A stretch of DNA of 64,000 bases. Source: an uncultured Acetatifactor sp. Its GTDB lineage: Bacteria; Bacillota; Clostridia; Lachnospirales; Lachnospiraceae. Every line of letters begins with the position of its first letter. Position 1 is the first letter of the stretch. Positions 17,967-27,800 of this stretch are shown here, piece after piece. Made by a program: the position numbers and the translations under genes. The stretch lies in assembly GCA_947629645.1 (NCBI GenBank), contig CANREV010000005.1, positions 12,067 to 76,066 on the forward strand, in the 5' to 3' direction. The notes under the pieces are model-generated. The model was given only the letters and a program-made list of their open reading frames with translations, searched no databases and was not told where the DNA came from.

Positions 17967-17995
17967 ATTATAACACTTTCTGTAAAATTTCGGAA
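17967..17995 (-). promoter_or_regulatory. sigma-A promoter of the PHP gene
   Basis: Minus strand TTCCGA-N17-TATAAT with extended -10 TG. Confidence 0.55.
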
Positions 17996-18023
17996 GAATT
18001 GGCAAATATTTTTGAATTACATC

Positions 18024-18052
18024 TTGAATTATTGAATGGAATTATGTAAAAT
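18024..18052 (+). promoter_or_regulatory. sigma-A promoter of gap
   Basis: TTGAAT-N17-TAAAAT. Confidence 0.6.
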
Positions 18053-18059
18053 AGAGTTG

Positions 18060-18077
18060 CTGATAAAATTTTGACAA
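18060..18077 (+). promoter_or_regulatory. Putative Rex operator
   Basis: CTGATAA-aatt-TTGACAA matches 11 of 14 defined positions of TTGTTAANNNNTTAACAA, just after the predicted +1. Confidence 0.4.
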
Positions 18078-18152
18078 TCTGGCAAGCTTCTCCAATGATT
18101 CTTGTGAGGCTGTCAAAAGATATAAAATTATATATTTTAGGAGGAGACTAAA

Positions 18153-19166
18153 ATGGCAGTAAGAGTAGCAATCAATGGTTTCGGCCGTATCGGTCGTCTG
18201 GCGTTCAGACAGATGTTTGATGCAGAGGGATATGAGGTAGTAGCTATCAACGATCTGACCAGCCCCGATATGCTGGCACATCTGTTGAAGTATGATACCG
18301 CTCAGGGCAGATACAAATATGCTGATAAGGTTGAGGCAGGAGAGGATTCCATCACCGTAAACGGCAAGAAGATCACCATCTACAAAGAGGCGGACGCTTC
18401 CAAGCTTCCCTGGGGCGAGCTTAAGGTAGACGTTGTTTTGGAGTGCACCGGTTTCTATACCTCCAAGGAGAAGGCTTCCGCGCATATTACCGCAGGCGCC
18501 CGCAAGGTTGTTATCTCTGCTCCCGCAGGAAACGATCTTCCTACCATTGTATACAATGTAAACCATAAGACCTTAAAGCCCGAAGATACCGTGATCTCCG
18601 CGGCTTCCTGCACCACCAACTGCCTTGCGCCTATGGCTAAGGCGCTGAATGATTTTGCGCCTATCCAGTCCGGTATCATGACCACCGTTCACGCGTACAC
18701 CGGCGACCAGATGATCCTTGACGGACCTCAGAGAAAGGGCGATAAGAGAAGGAGCCGCGCAGGCGCTCAGAACATCGTTCCCAATTCCACCGGAGCCGCA
18801 AAGGCAATCGGTCTGGTAATTCCCGAACTGAACGGCAAGCTGATCGGTTCCGCGCAGCGTGTTCCTACCCCTACCGGTTCTACCACGATTCTGGTAGCTG
18901 TTGTAAAGGGCCATGTTACCAAGGAGCAGATCAACGATGCAATGAAGGCTGCTCAGACTGAGTCCTTCGGTTACAATACGGATGAAATCGTATCTTCCGA
19001 TGTGATCGGCATGACCTACGGCTCTCTGTTCGATGCTACCCAGACCATGGTTGCTCCCATGGAGGACGGCAATACTCAGGTACAGGTTGTTTCCTGGTAC
19101 GACAACGAGAACAGCTATACTTCTCAGATGGTTCGTACGATCAAGTACTTCAGTGAGCTGGCATAA
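18153..19166 (+). CDS. gap: Type I glyceraldehyde-3-phosphate dehydrogenase
   Basis: [25 protein letters not shown]; strongly biased codon usage. Confidence 0.98.
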   Translation: MAVRVAINGFGRIGRLAFRQMFDAEGYEVVAINDLTSPDMLAHLLKYDTAQGRYKYADKVEAGEDSITVNGKKITIYKEADASKLPWGELKVDVVLECTGFYTSKEKASAHITAGARKVVISAPAGNDLPTIVYNVNHKTLKPEDTVISAASCTTNCLAPMAKALNDFAPIQSGIMTTVHAYTGDQMILDGPQRKGDKRRSRAGAQNIVPNSTGAAKAIGLVIPELNGKLIGSAQRVPTPTGSTTILVAVVKGHVTKEQINDAMKAAQTESFGYNTDEIVSSDVIGMTYGSLFDATQTMVAPMEDGNTQVQVVSWYDNENSYTSQMVRTIKYFSELA

Positions 19167-19219
19167 ATTGTGAGAAAAATTTGCAAGTGATTTTTCCCTG
19201 CAAAACGAAGGCCTATAGG

Positions 19220-19255
19220 AGGGTCCGGTCTGTTGGACCGGACCCTTTCCTTTTG
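19220..19255 (+). terminator. Hairpin/terminator between gap and pgk
   Basis: AGGGTCCGGTC-tgttg-GACCGGACCCT (11 bp) followed by TTCCTTTT. Confidence 0.7.
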
Positions 19256-19348
19256 TCGGCGCTTGTAAAACCGGACAGGGGAGAGGTTTTGGCCGCACGT
19301 TGCTGCAGGGTCCTGTCATAGGGAAATAAAAAGAAAAGGAGACTGAAA

Positions 19349-20572
19349 ATGGGATTGAATAAAAAATCTGTTGACGACATCAACGCAAAGGGAAAGAGAG
19401 TGCTGGTGAGATGCGATTTTAACGTGCCTTTAAAAAACGGCGAGATCACTGATGAGACCCGTATAGTGGCGGCGCTCCCTACCATTCAGAAACTGATCAA
19501 TGATGGCGGCAAGGTCATTCTCTGCTCCCATCTGGGCAAGGTGAAAGAGGGCCCCAATGAGAAGGAATCCCTTGCGCCTGTTGCGAAGAGACTTTCTGAA
19601 AAGCTGGGAAAGGAAGTTGTTTTCGTATCGGATTACAATGTAACCGGCGAGGCGGCTACCAAAGCGGTGGAAGCGATGAAGGAAGGCGATGTGGTCCTGT
19701 TGCAGAACACCCGTTTCCGCGGTACGGAGGAAACGAAAAACGGCGAACAGTTCTCTAAGGAGCTGGCTGACCTGGCCGATCTGTATGTGTGCGATGCTTT
19801 CGGTTCCTCCCACAGGGCCCATGCTTCCGTGGAGGGCGTCACCAAATGTATTACCGCAAAAGGCGGCGAAAACGTAGTCGGATACCTGATGCAGAAGGAG
19901 ATCAATTTCCTTGGCAACGCCGTGGAGAACCCCGTGAGACCTTTTGTGGCGATTCTGGGCGGCGCGAAGGTGGCTGATAAACTGAATGTGATCTCCAACC
20001 TGCTGGAAAAATGCGATACCCTGATCATCGGCGGCGGAATGGCTTATACTTTCCTGAAAGCGCAGGGGTATGAGATCGGCAAATCGCTGGTGGACAATGA
20101 AAAACTGGATTATTGTAAAGAGATGATCGAAAAGGCGAACAAGCTGGGTAAGAAGCTGCTGCTTCCTGTTGACTCCGTTACCGTGGCAGCGTTCCCTAAT
20201 CCTATTGACGCTCCCGTGGAGACTGCGGTTTACGGTGTGGCCGACATGCCTGCGGACAGAGAAGGATGCGATATCGGACCGGAGACTGCCGCTATGTATG
20301 CAGATGCTGTAAAGAATGCAAAAACCGTAGTATGGAACGGGCCTATGGGCGTGTTTGAGAATCCCACCCTTGCGGCGGGCACCATCGCAGTTGCAAAGGC
20401 GCTGGCTGAGACGGACGCAACCACCATCATCGGCGGCGGCGATTCCGCGGCGGCTGTAAACCAGCTGGGCTTTGGCGATAAGATGACCCATATTTCCACC
20501 GGAGGCGGCGCATCCCTTGAGTTCCTTGAGGGCAAGGTGCTTCCCGGGGTAGCGGCTGCAGACGATAAATAA
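19349..20572 (+). CDS. pgk: Phosphoglycerate kinase
   Basis: [42 protein letters not shown]. Confidence 0.98.
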   Translation: MGLNKKSVDDINAKGKRVLVRCDFNVPLKNGEITDETRIVAALPTIQKLINDGGKVILCSHLGKVKEGPNEKESLAPVAKRLSEKLGKEVVFVSDYNVTGEAATKAVEAMKEGDVVLLQNTRFRGTEETKNGEQFSKELADLADLYVCDAFGSSHRAHASVEGVTKCITAKGGENVVGYLMQKEINFLGNAVENPVRPFVAILGGAKVADKLNVISNLLEKCDTLIIGGGMAYTFLKAQGYEIGKSLVDNEKLDYCKEMIEKANKLGKKLLLPVDSVTVAAFPNPIDAPVETAVYGVADMPADREGCDIGPETAAMYADAVKNAKTVVWNGPMGVFENPTLAAGTIAVAKALAETDATTIIGGGDSAAAVNQLGFGDKMTHISTGGGASLEFLEGKVLPGVAAADDK

Positions 20573-20694
20573 AAAGCGCATCAGTCTCACAGTCTGGCCG
20601 GAGGCTAAAACTGTGAAAAGCAGATGAAATAATGTGACAGTCCGGTCAGCGGCTGAACTGCTATAAAATAACATAAGTGATTAAGGAGATTATC

Positions 20695-21447
20695 ATGGCA
20701 AGAAAGAAAATTATTGCCGGTAACTGGAAGATGAATATGACTCCCAGCGAGGCAGTAGAATTGATCAATACTTTAAAGCCCCTGGTAAAAAACGATGATG
20801 TGGATGTGCTGCTCTGCGTGCCTGCCATTGACATCATTCCTGCTATGGAGGCGGCAAAGGGCTCCAATATTATGATCGGGGCGGAGAATATGTATTTTGA
20901 GGAGAAGGGAGCCTTCACCGGCGAGATTTCTCCCGCGATGCTTGCGGACGCAGGCGTAAAGTATGTTATCATCGGGCATTCCGAGAGAAGGGAATACTTT
21001 GCGGAGACGGATGAAACTGTCAATAAGAAGGTCCTGAAGGCCTTTGAACATGAGATAACGCCTATTATTTGCTGCGGCGAGACTCTGACCCAGAGAGAGC
21101 AGGGCGTGACCATCGACTTTATCCGCCAGCAGATCAAGATCGCATTTCTGAATGTAACGGCAGAACAGGCGTCAAAGGCTGTGATCGCATATGAGCCGAT
21201 CTGGGCCATCGGCACAGGCAAGGTTGCAACTACAGAGCAGGCGCAGGAAGTCTGCAAAGCAATCCGTGATTGTATCGCGGAGATTTATGACGAGGCGACT
21301 GCCGCTGCGATCCGCATCCAGTACGGCGGTTCTGTGTCCGCCGCCAGCGCGCCCGAGCTGTTTGCGCAGGCTGACATTGACGGAGGCCTGGTAGGCGGCG
21401 CATCCCTGAAAGCGGATTTTGGAAAGATTGTATGCTATAACAAATAA
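20695..21447 (+). CDS. tpiA: Triosephosphate isomerase
   Basis: [36 protein letters not shown]; start at ATG 20695 after AAGGAG. Confidence 0.98.
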   Translation: MARKKIIAGNWKMNMTPSEAVELINTLKPLVKNDDVDVLLCVPAIDIIPAMEAAKGSNIMIGAENMYFEEKGAFTGEISPAMLADAGVKYVIIGHSERREYFAETDETVNKKVLKAFEHEITPIICCGETLTQREQGVTIDFIRQQIKIAFLNVTAEQASKAVIAYEPIWAIGTGKVATTEQAQEVCKAIRDCIAEIYDEATAAAIRIQYGGSVSAASAPELFAQADIDGGLVGGASLKADFGKIVCYNK

Positions 21448-21467
21448 TTTGACAGGATGATACGGAG

Positions 21468-21510
21468 AAAGGACTGCTGCGTAAGACACATTTTGCAGCA
21501 GTCTTTTTTT
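21468..21510 (+). terminator. Intrinsic terminator after tpiA
   Basis: AAAGGACTGCTGC...GCAGCAGTCTTTTTTT. Confidence 0.8.
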
Positions 21511-21683
21511 GTCCTCTCCTGCACGATAACGTATGTTATAGTTCATAGAAGTTGTGGCGCGATATCAAAAATTATGCTATGCTATTATAGAAACGGGGTC
21601 AATGGAAACTGACTGCGGCGGACAAAAGAAAAGGATAACATCGTCCGGGCAGGGCATATTTACGTGATGTGAGGAAATGGCGT

Positions 21684-22676
21684 ATGATTTTTGTGTGTAA
21701 GAATTGCGGCGGAAATGTGGTTTACAGCCCGGAAAAGCATACCATGTTCTGTCCTTACTGCGACAGTGCAGGCAGCGGTGAGCGCAAAGATCCGGCATCG
21801 GGCGGCGATATTTCGGTCTGTCCCGGCTGTGGCGGCGAGGTTAAGGCAGGGGAGCACATTTCTGCTACCCAGTGTCCCTATTGCGGCAATTATCTGATCT
21901 TTAACGAGCGTGTTGAGGGCGCGTATGCACCGAAAAAGATCATTCCCTTTCAAATGGGGAAGGAAGCCTGTAAAAACGCTTTGAAAGAAAAGTTTAAGAA
22001 AAATACGTTCGCTCCCACCGATTTTTTGTCTGAGGCCAAGCTGGACAGCATTGAGGGCTATTATGTGCCTTACTGGTTTTTCCAATATGACACGAACTGT
22101 AAGTATGATGGCGAGGGTACAAAGTCGCGCGTCTGGACCAGCGGTAATATCGAATATACTGAAATTTCGCATTACAGGATCCACCGCGATATGGACATTG
22201 ATTTTAAGGATATTCCTGTGGACGCGTCTGTGCAGATGCCGGATGACGTGATGGATCTGATCGCTCCCTTTCAGTTTTCTCAGATGGAGCCATTTAAGCC
22301 GGAATATATGTCGGGCTTTTATGGCGAGAAATATAACATGACCTCCGATCTGGTGGAAAGCAGGGCGGACAGCAGGATGAAAGAGGATGCGGAGAAGCTT
22401 TTGAGGGAAAGCGTTTCCGGTTATAGTACCGTTTCCGCCGGAAGCAAAAATATTCAGGTGCTGGACAGCAGTGTGGAATACGGGCTCCTGCCCCTCTGGA
22501 GATATCATTACCAGTATGACGGGCAGGCGTATCCTTTCTATGTCAACGGACAGACGGGTAAGATCGTGGGAACCCTTCCCATTTCCAAGAAAAAGGTCTG
22601 GGCGTATACGGGAACACTCTGGGGCAGCCTTGCCGCTATTCTGGCATTGATACAGCTGATCGCTCTGTGGATTTGA
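21684..22676 (+). CDS. Double zinc-ribbon protein with a C-terminal membrane anchor
   Basis: CKNC, CPYC, CPGC, CPYC; ends YVNGQTGKIVG..PIS followed by a TM helix. Confidence 0.8.
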   Translation: MIFVCKNCGGNVVYSPEKHTMFCPYCDSAGSGERKDPASGGDISVCPGCGGEVKAGEHISATQCPYCGNYLIFNERVEGAYAPKKIIPFQMGKEACKNALKEKFKKNTFAPTDFLSEAKLDSIEGYYVPYWFFQYDTNCKYDGEGTKSRVWTSGNIEYTEISHYRIHRDMDIDFKDIPVDASVQMPDDVMDLIAPFQFSQMEPFKPEYMSGFYGEKYNMTSDLVESRADSRMKEDAEKLLRESVSGYSTVSAGSKNIQVLDSSVEYGLLPLWRYHYQYDGQAYPFYVNGQTGKIVGTLPISKKKVWAYTGTLWGSLAAILALIQLIALWI

Positions 22677-22690
22677 CGGAGGAACCAAAG

Positions 22691-23608
22691 ATGCGTGATA
22701 CGATCAAAAAAGAAGCAAGAAAGCAATTTTTCCGCTATTTTCGCGTATGGTTTATTGTGGTGGGAATTTTGCTGGCATTAGCGGTAATTACATATATAAC
22801 GCACGTTATAAAAAACAACGTTCCCAGAGCCAACCATTCGGCTCCCGCACAACGGGTCTATGATCAGGCCAACGTACTGACGGACAAAGAGGAGGATAGC
22901 CTGCGGCAGCGGATCGCGGAGGTGGAGAGCAAACATCATATCGATGTGGTGCTGGTGACTTTTTCCCAGTCGGTAGAAGGGGAAGACGCCATGCGCCAAT
23001 ATGGGTACCGCTCCACCGACTGGGAGCAGAATATGCAGGATTACGCCGATGATTTCTGGGATGAGAATCAGTACGGCTACAATAAAGGATTTGAGGGGGA
23101 CGGGTGCATACTGGTGCATAACTGGTATGAAGGCCAGAATGGCGAGCATCTGTCTACCAGCGGCAAGGTGGAGGCCGCTTTCAGCAGCTATGACATTGAC
23201 ACCGTGCTTTATGCGGTTGACCGCTATTATGACACCGATCCCTATAAGGCGTATCTGGCCTATATAGATGAGGTGGACAGTCTGCTGTCCCAAAAGGAGC
23301 ATCCGATCGGCACAGGAACCTTTTCCTGGACAGCGGTGCTGTTGATTCCCTCTGTGGCGGCCGCAATCTACGCGCTGGTAAATCTGCGCCAGAAAAAAGC
23401 GGAAGACACTACTTCATCGTCCACTTATGTGGAGGAAAGAAAGCCCGTGATGAAAGCGCAGTCTGATGAATTTATGCATAAAAATGTAGTTACAAGAAGA
23501 ATTGAGTCTGCCAGTTCCGGCGGCGGAGGCGGAGGACACAGCGGAGGCGGAGGCCACCATACCAGCAGCCACGGCGCAAGTCATGGGGGCGGTAGTCACA
23601 GGCACTGA
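22691..23608 (+). CDS. TPM-domain membrane protein with a Gly/His-rich tail
   Basis: RVYDQANVLT..EE..L, IDVVLVT, second TM helix, GGGGGHSGGGGHH...HGGGSHRH tail. Confidence 0.8.
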   Translation: MRDTIKKEARKQFFRYFRVWFIVVGILLALAVITYITHVIKNNVPRANHSAPAQRVYDQANVLTDKEEDSLRQRIAEVESKHHIDVVLVTFSQSVEGEDAMRQYGYRSTDWEQNMQDYADDFWDENQYGYNKGFEGDGCILVHNWYEGQNGEHLSTSGKVEAAFSSYDIDTVLYAVDRYYDTDPYKAYLAYIDEVDSLLSQKEHPIGTGTFSWTAVLLIPSVAAAIYALVNLRQKKAEDTTSSSTYVEERKPVMKAQSDEFMHKNVVTRRIESASSGGGGGGHSGGGGHHTSSHGASHGGGSHRH

Positions 23609-23739
23609 CAGTTTGTGCGGACAACGGGCCGATTTAGGCATTGACAGGCTGTGCGGACGGGCCGTTTCAGGCGCTGACAGTCTGTGCGGACAAAACGGGT
23701 CGATTTAGGGCGTTTACAAGCCTGCAGACAAACGGGTCC
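23601..23739. repeat. About 3.5 degenerate 33-38 bp tandem repeats between the TPM gene and ispG
   Basis: ggcactgacagtttgtgcggacaacgggccgattta / ggcattgacaggctgtgcggacgggccgtttca / ggcgctgacagtctgtgcggacaaaacgggtcgattta plus a decayed fourth unit. Confidence 0.88.
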
Positions 23740-23800
23740 TGGGGAAGAAGGAAGCAGCGAATCTTTCGCGGGAGAAATGCGCAAGAAAGAGGAGAGTTTG

Positions 23801-24865
23801 ATGGATAGAGAACATACAAAAATAGTGCGGATAGGAGAGAAAAAGATCGGCGGCGGAAATCCCATACTGATCCAGTCCATGACGAATACCAGAACGGAGG
23901 ATGTTCAGGCTACGGTGGCTCAGATTTTGGAGCTGGAACGGGCGGGATGCGAGATCATACGCTGCACCGTGCCGAATATGGAAGCGGCAAAAGCGCTGGC
24001 CGGGATCAAACGGCAGATACATATCCCGCTTGTGGCGGATATTCACTTCGATTATAAGATGGCCATAGCGGCTATGGAAAACGGCGCCGACAAGATACGG
24101 ATCAATCCGGGAAACATCGGCGGCGCCGATAAAGTGAAAGCGGTGGCGGATGTGGCAAAGGAGCGCGGGATTCCCATCCGCGTAGGTGTAAACAGCGGGT
24201 CGCTGGAGAAAAATCTGTTGGAGAAATACGGCGGCGTTACAGCGGAAGGGCTTGTGGAGAGCGCGCTGGATAAGGTACATATGATTGAGGAGCAGGGTTA
24301 CGATAATCTGGTGATCAGTATCAAATCCTCCGATGTGATGATGTGCGTAAAGGCGCATGAACTGCTGGCAGGAAGAACAGTGTATCCCCTGCATGTCGGC
24401 ATTACGGAATCCGGCACGGTGCAGAGCGGCAATATCAAGTCTGCTATCGGGCTGGGACTGATCCTGAATCAGGGGATTGGCGATACGATCCGCGTCTCTC
24501 TGACGGGCAGCCCGGTGGAAGAGATCAAGTCTGCAAAGCTTATTTTGCGCACCCTGGGACTTAGAAAGGGCGGCGTGGAGGTTGTGTCCTGCCCTACCTG
24601 CGGCAGAACACAGATCGATCTGATCGGCCTTGCCGCAAAGGTGGAAAAGCTGGTGGAGGATTATCCGCTGGATATCAAGGTGGCAGTGATGGGCTGTGCG
24701 GTCAACGGACCGGGAGAGGCGAAGGAAGCGGATCTGGGCATAGCCGGAGGTATCGGGGAAGGACTGTTGATCAAAAAGGGCGAGATTCTCCGCAAGGTGC
24801 CGGAGGAGAAGCTGCTTACAGCATTGAAGGAAGAGTTGGATCATTGGAATGAAACCGTTTTTTGA
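23801..24865 (+). CDS. ispG: (E)-4-hydroxy-3-methylbut-2-enyl-diphosphate synthase
   Basis: IQSMTNT, PLVADIHF, IRINPGNIG, RVGVNSGS, SCPTCGRT, AVMGCAVNGPGE; start 23801 after GAGGAG. Confidence 0.96.
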   Translation: MDREHTKIVRIGEKKIGGGNPILIQSMTNTRTEDVQATVAQILELERAGCEIIRCTVPNMEAAKALAGIKRQIHIPLVADIHFDYKMAIAAMENGADKIRINPGNIGGADKVKAVADVAKERGIPIRVGVNSGSLEKNLLEKYGGVTAEGLVESALDKVHMIEEQGYDNLVISIKSSDVMMCVKAHELLAGRTVYPLHVGITESGTVQSGNIKSAIGLGLILNQGIGDTIRVSLTGSPVEEIKSAKLILRTLGLRKGGVEVVSCPTCGRTQIDLIGLAAKVEKLVEDYPLDIKVAVMGCAVNGPGEAKEADLGIAGGIGEGLLIKKGEILRKVPEEKLLTALKEELDHWNETVF

Positions 24866-27800
24866 AACATTTCCCACGTTGAAATTAAATCAACCGCTGT
24901 ACGATATCATGGAGCAGACAGAGGTGGAGAGGGTATCCGCAACGAAGAAAAGGGATTTTCTGCGGATCTATTTGTTTAGCACCCGGCTGATCCTGAAAGA
25001 GGATATCTGGCAGACGGAAAAAGAGATCAAGACGCAGCTGTTTCCCAACGCGGATTTGTCTGTAAAGATACAGGAGCGGTTTGAACTTTCTTCCCAGTAT
25101 ACCTTGGAAAATCTGGTGTCTGCCTACCGCGACAGCATTCTTGCGGAGCTGAGAGACTATAGTCATATAGAGTATAATGCTTTTAAGCAGGCGCAGATCG
25201 ACTATCCTGAAACGGACAGGCTGCTGCTCACTCTGGAAGATACTGTGATCAATCGCAGCAGACAAGAGGAACTGGTCCGCATTCTGGAAAAGGTATTGGT
25301 GGAGCGCTGTGGATTTTCCGTGAGGGTGGAGACTACTTATCGGGAAGCCCAAGAGGGAAAGTTTGCCCGTGACAATGAATTGAAGCTGCAGCTGAAGGTA
25401 GACGAGATCTATTCTCGTGTCAGAAAGTCGGAAACTTCCGCGTCCGGCACTCTGAAAGGGGAGGAGTCTGCGGGATCATTGGGCCGGAATGGGTCTTCTT
25501 CTGGGGAAAGCATCTGCCAGGGCGGCAGGGAAGTTTACGATGGCTCCAACGGTCCCAAAGAGGCGTCCGGCGCGCAGAAAGATCTGCGTGATACGATGGA
25601 AGGGGCGCATGAGGCGGATACATCGTCAAAGCAGACTGCAGGGACCTTTGGCGGCGCCACAAAGAGCTTTCAGGGAAAAGGGGAATTTGGCAAAAGAGGG
25701 TTTGGCAAAGGTGAATTCCGCAGAGGAGAATTTCGCAGGAGTGACAGCTTCAAACACTCGGATCATCCTGATGTGATCTATGGGCGGGATTTCGAGGACG
25801 AGGCAATTCCCATTGAGGATGTGATCGGCGAGATCGGCGAAGTGGTCATCCGCGGGAAGATTTTAAAGAGCGATGTCCGGGAGTTGAGAAATGAAAAGAG
25901 CATGATCAGCTTTGACGTGACGGATTACACAGATACTATGACGGTGAAACTGTTTGCTAAGAGTGAGCAGACGAAAGAAATCACCGGAAATCTTAAGACC
26001 GGGACCTGCGTAAAGATCAAGGGAGTCAGCATGATGGACCGTTACGACCATGAGCTGACGCTGGGTTCTCTCACAGGGATCAAAAAGATACCGGATTTTG
26101 CACAACTGCGCATGGATACCGCGCCCCGCAAGAGAGTGGAGCTGCACTGTCACACAAAGATGAGCGATATGGACGGCGTTTCGGAGGCGAAGGACATTGT
26201 AAAAAGAGCCTGCCAATGGGGGCACCGCGCTATCGCTATCACTGACCATGGCGTGGTGCAGGGCTTTACGGACGCTAATCATGTGTGGGACGATCTGTGG
26301 AGCGAAGAGAAGAAAAAGAGATCCCAGGCCGGAGATCCCCATCCGGATAAGCAGGATTTTTTCAAAGTCATCTATGGTGTGGAAGCTTATCTGGTTGACG
26401 ATCTGAAGGAGATCGTTACAAACGATAAGGGACAGTCTCTGGATGAAGAGTTTGTGGTGTTTGATATCGAGACCACGGGATTCTCACCCGTCAACAATCG
26501 CATTATCGAGATCGGTGCGGTGAAGGTGTCGGGAGGAAACGTCACGGACCGGTTCTCTGCTTTTGTGAATCCTCAGGTTCCGATCCCTTTTGAGATCGAA
26601 AAACTCACCGGCATACGGGATGATATGGTGATGGATGCGCCTCTGATTGAGGAGGTGCTTCCTCGTTTTCTGAAATTTTGTGAAGGTTGTGTTCTGGTGG
26701 CACACAACGCCAATTTTGACATGAGTTTTATCATGGAAAATGCGAGAAGACAGGGGCTGCCAACGGAATATACTTATGTAGACACGGTGGGGATCGCCAG
26801 AATATTGCTGCCCCACCAGTCTAAGCATACGCTGGACGCGGTGGCGAAAACTCTGAACATTTCCCTGGAAAACCACCACAGGGCGGTGGATGACGCGGAG
26901 TGTACTGCCTGGATCTTTTTAAAATTTATTAAAATGCTGGAGGAAAAGGAAATCCACACTCTGTCTCAGGTAAATGAAATGGGCGCCGCCAGCGAAGAAC
27001 TGGTGAAAAAACTGCCGTCCTATCACGCGATCATTCTGGCGAAGAACGATCTGGGACGTATCAATCTCTATCGGCTGGTTTCCGCTTCTCACCTGACCTA
27101 TTTCAGCAGGCATCCACGGATACCGAAAAGCCTGGTCATGAAATACAGGGAAGGATTGATTCTGGGGAGCGCCTGTGAGGCGGGAGAACTGTACCGCGCA
27201 CTGTTGGACGGGCAGAGCGATATCCAGATCGCCAGACTGGTGAATTTTTACGATTACCTGGAGATACAGCCCTGCGGGAACAATCAATTTATGATTCATT
27301 CCAATAAGGTGCGGAATGTGAATTCACTGGAGGATATTCAAAATATAAACCGCCGTATCGTGAAGCTGGGAGAGCAGTTTCACAAGCCGGTGGCCGCTAC
27401 CTGTGACGTTCATTTCCTGGACCCGCAGGATGAAGTGTACCGCCGCATCATTATGGCGGGAAAAGGCTTTGAGGATGCGGACGAACAGGCGCCCCTTTAT
27501 CTGCACACCACGGAGGAGATGCTGGAGGAATTCGCTTATCTTGGCAGCGACAAAGCATACGAAGTAGTGGTGAAGAACACGAACATGATCGCGGACATGG
27601 TGGAGACGATCGCGCCGGTGCGCCCGGACAAGTGTCCGCCTGTGATTCCGGACAGCGACAAGATCCTGACAAAGATCTGCTACGACAAGGCTCATGAGAT
27701 CTATGGGCCCGATTTGCCAAAGATCGTGGAAGACAGACTGCAGAGAGAGCTGAATTCTATCATTTCCAATGGGTTTGCGGTGATGTATATCATCGCCCAG

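Noticed and set aside
18069-18117. TTTTGACA...TGTCAAAA inverted repeat in the gap leader as a separate regulatory element
   Set aside because: Only 8 bp with a 33-nt loop in AT-rich DNA; the left arm is already explained by the Rex-like site
21602-21667. 21-codon upstream ORF before the Zn-ribbon gene
   Set aside because: Weak RBS and no attenuator structure or biased amino-acid content
23601-23739. Mini-CRISPR interpretation of the 33-38 bp repeats
   Set aside because: Repeats abut each other without spacers and are degenerate
23684-23800. N-terminal extensions in the ORF track (ispG, also topA 29946, fliP 50935, flhB 52900, cheC 62977, rpsT 5736, lepA 8354)
   Set aside because: Downstream starts have proper RBSs and match family N-termini; the extensions are just open frame
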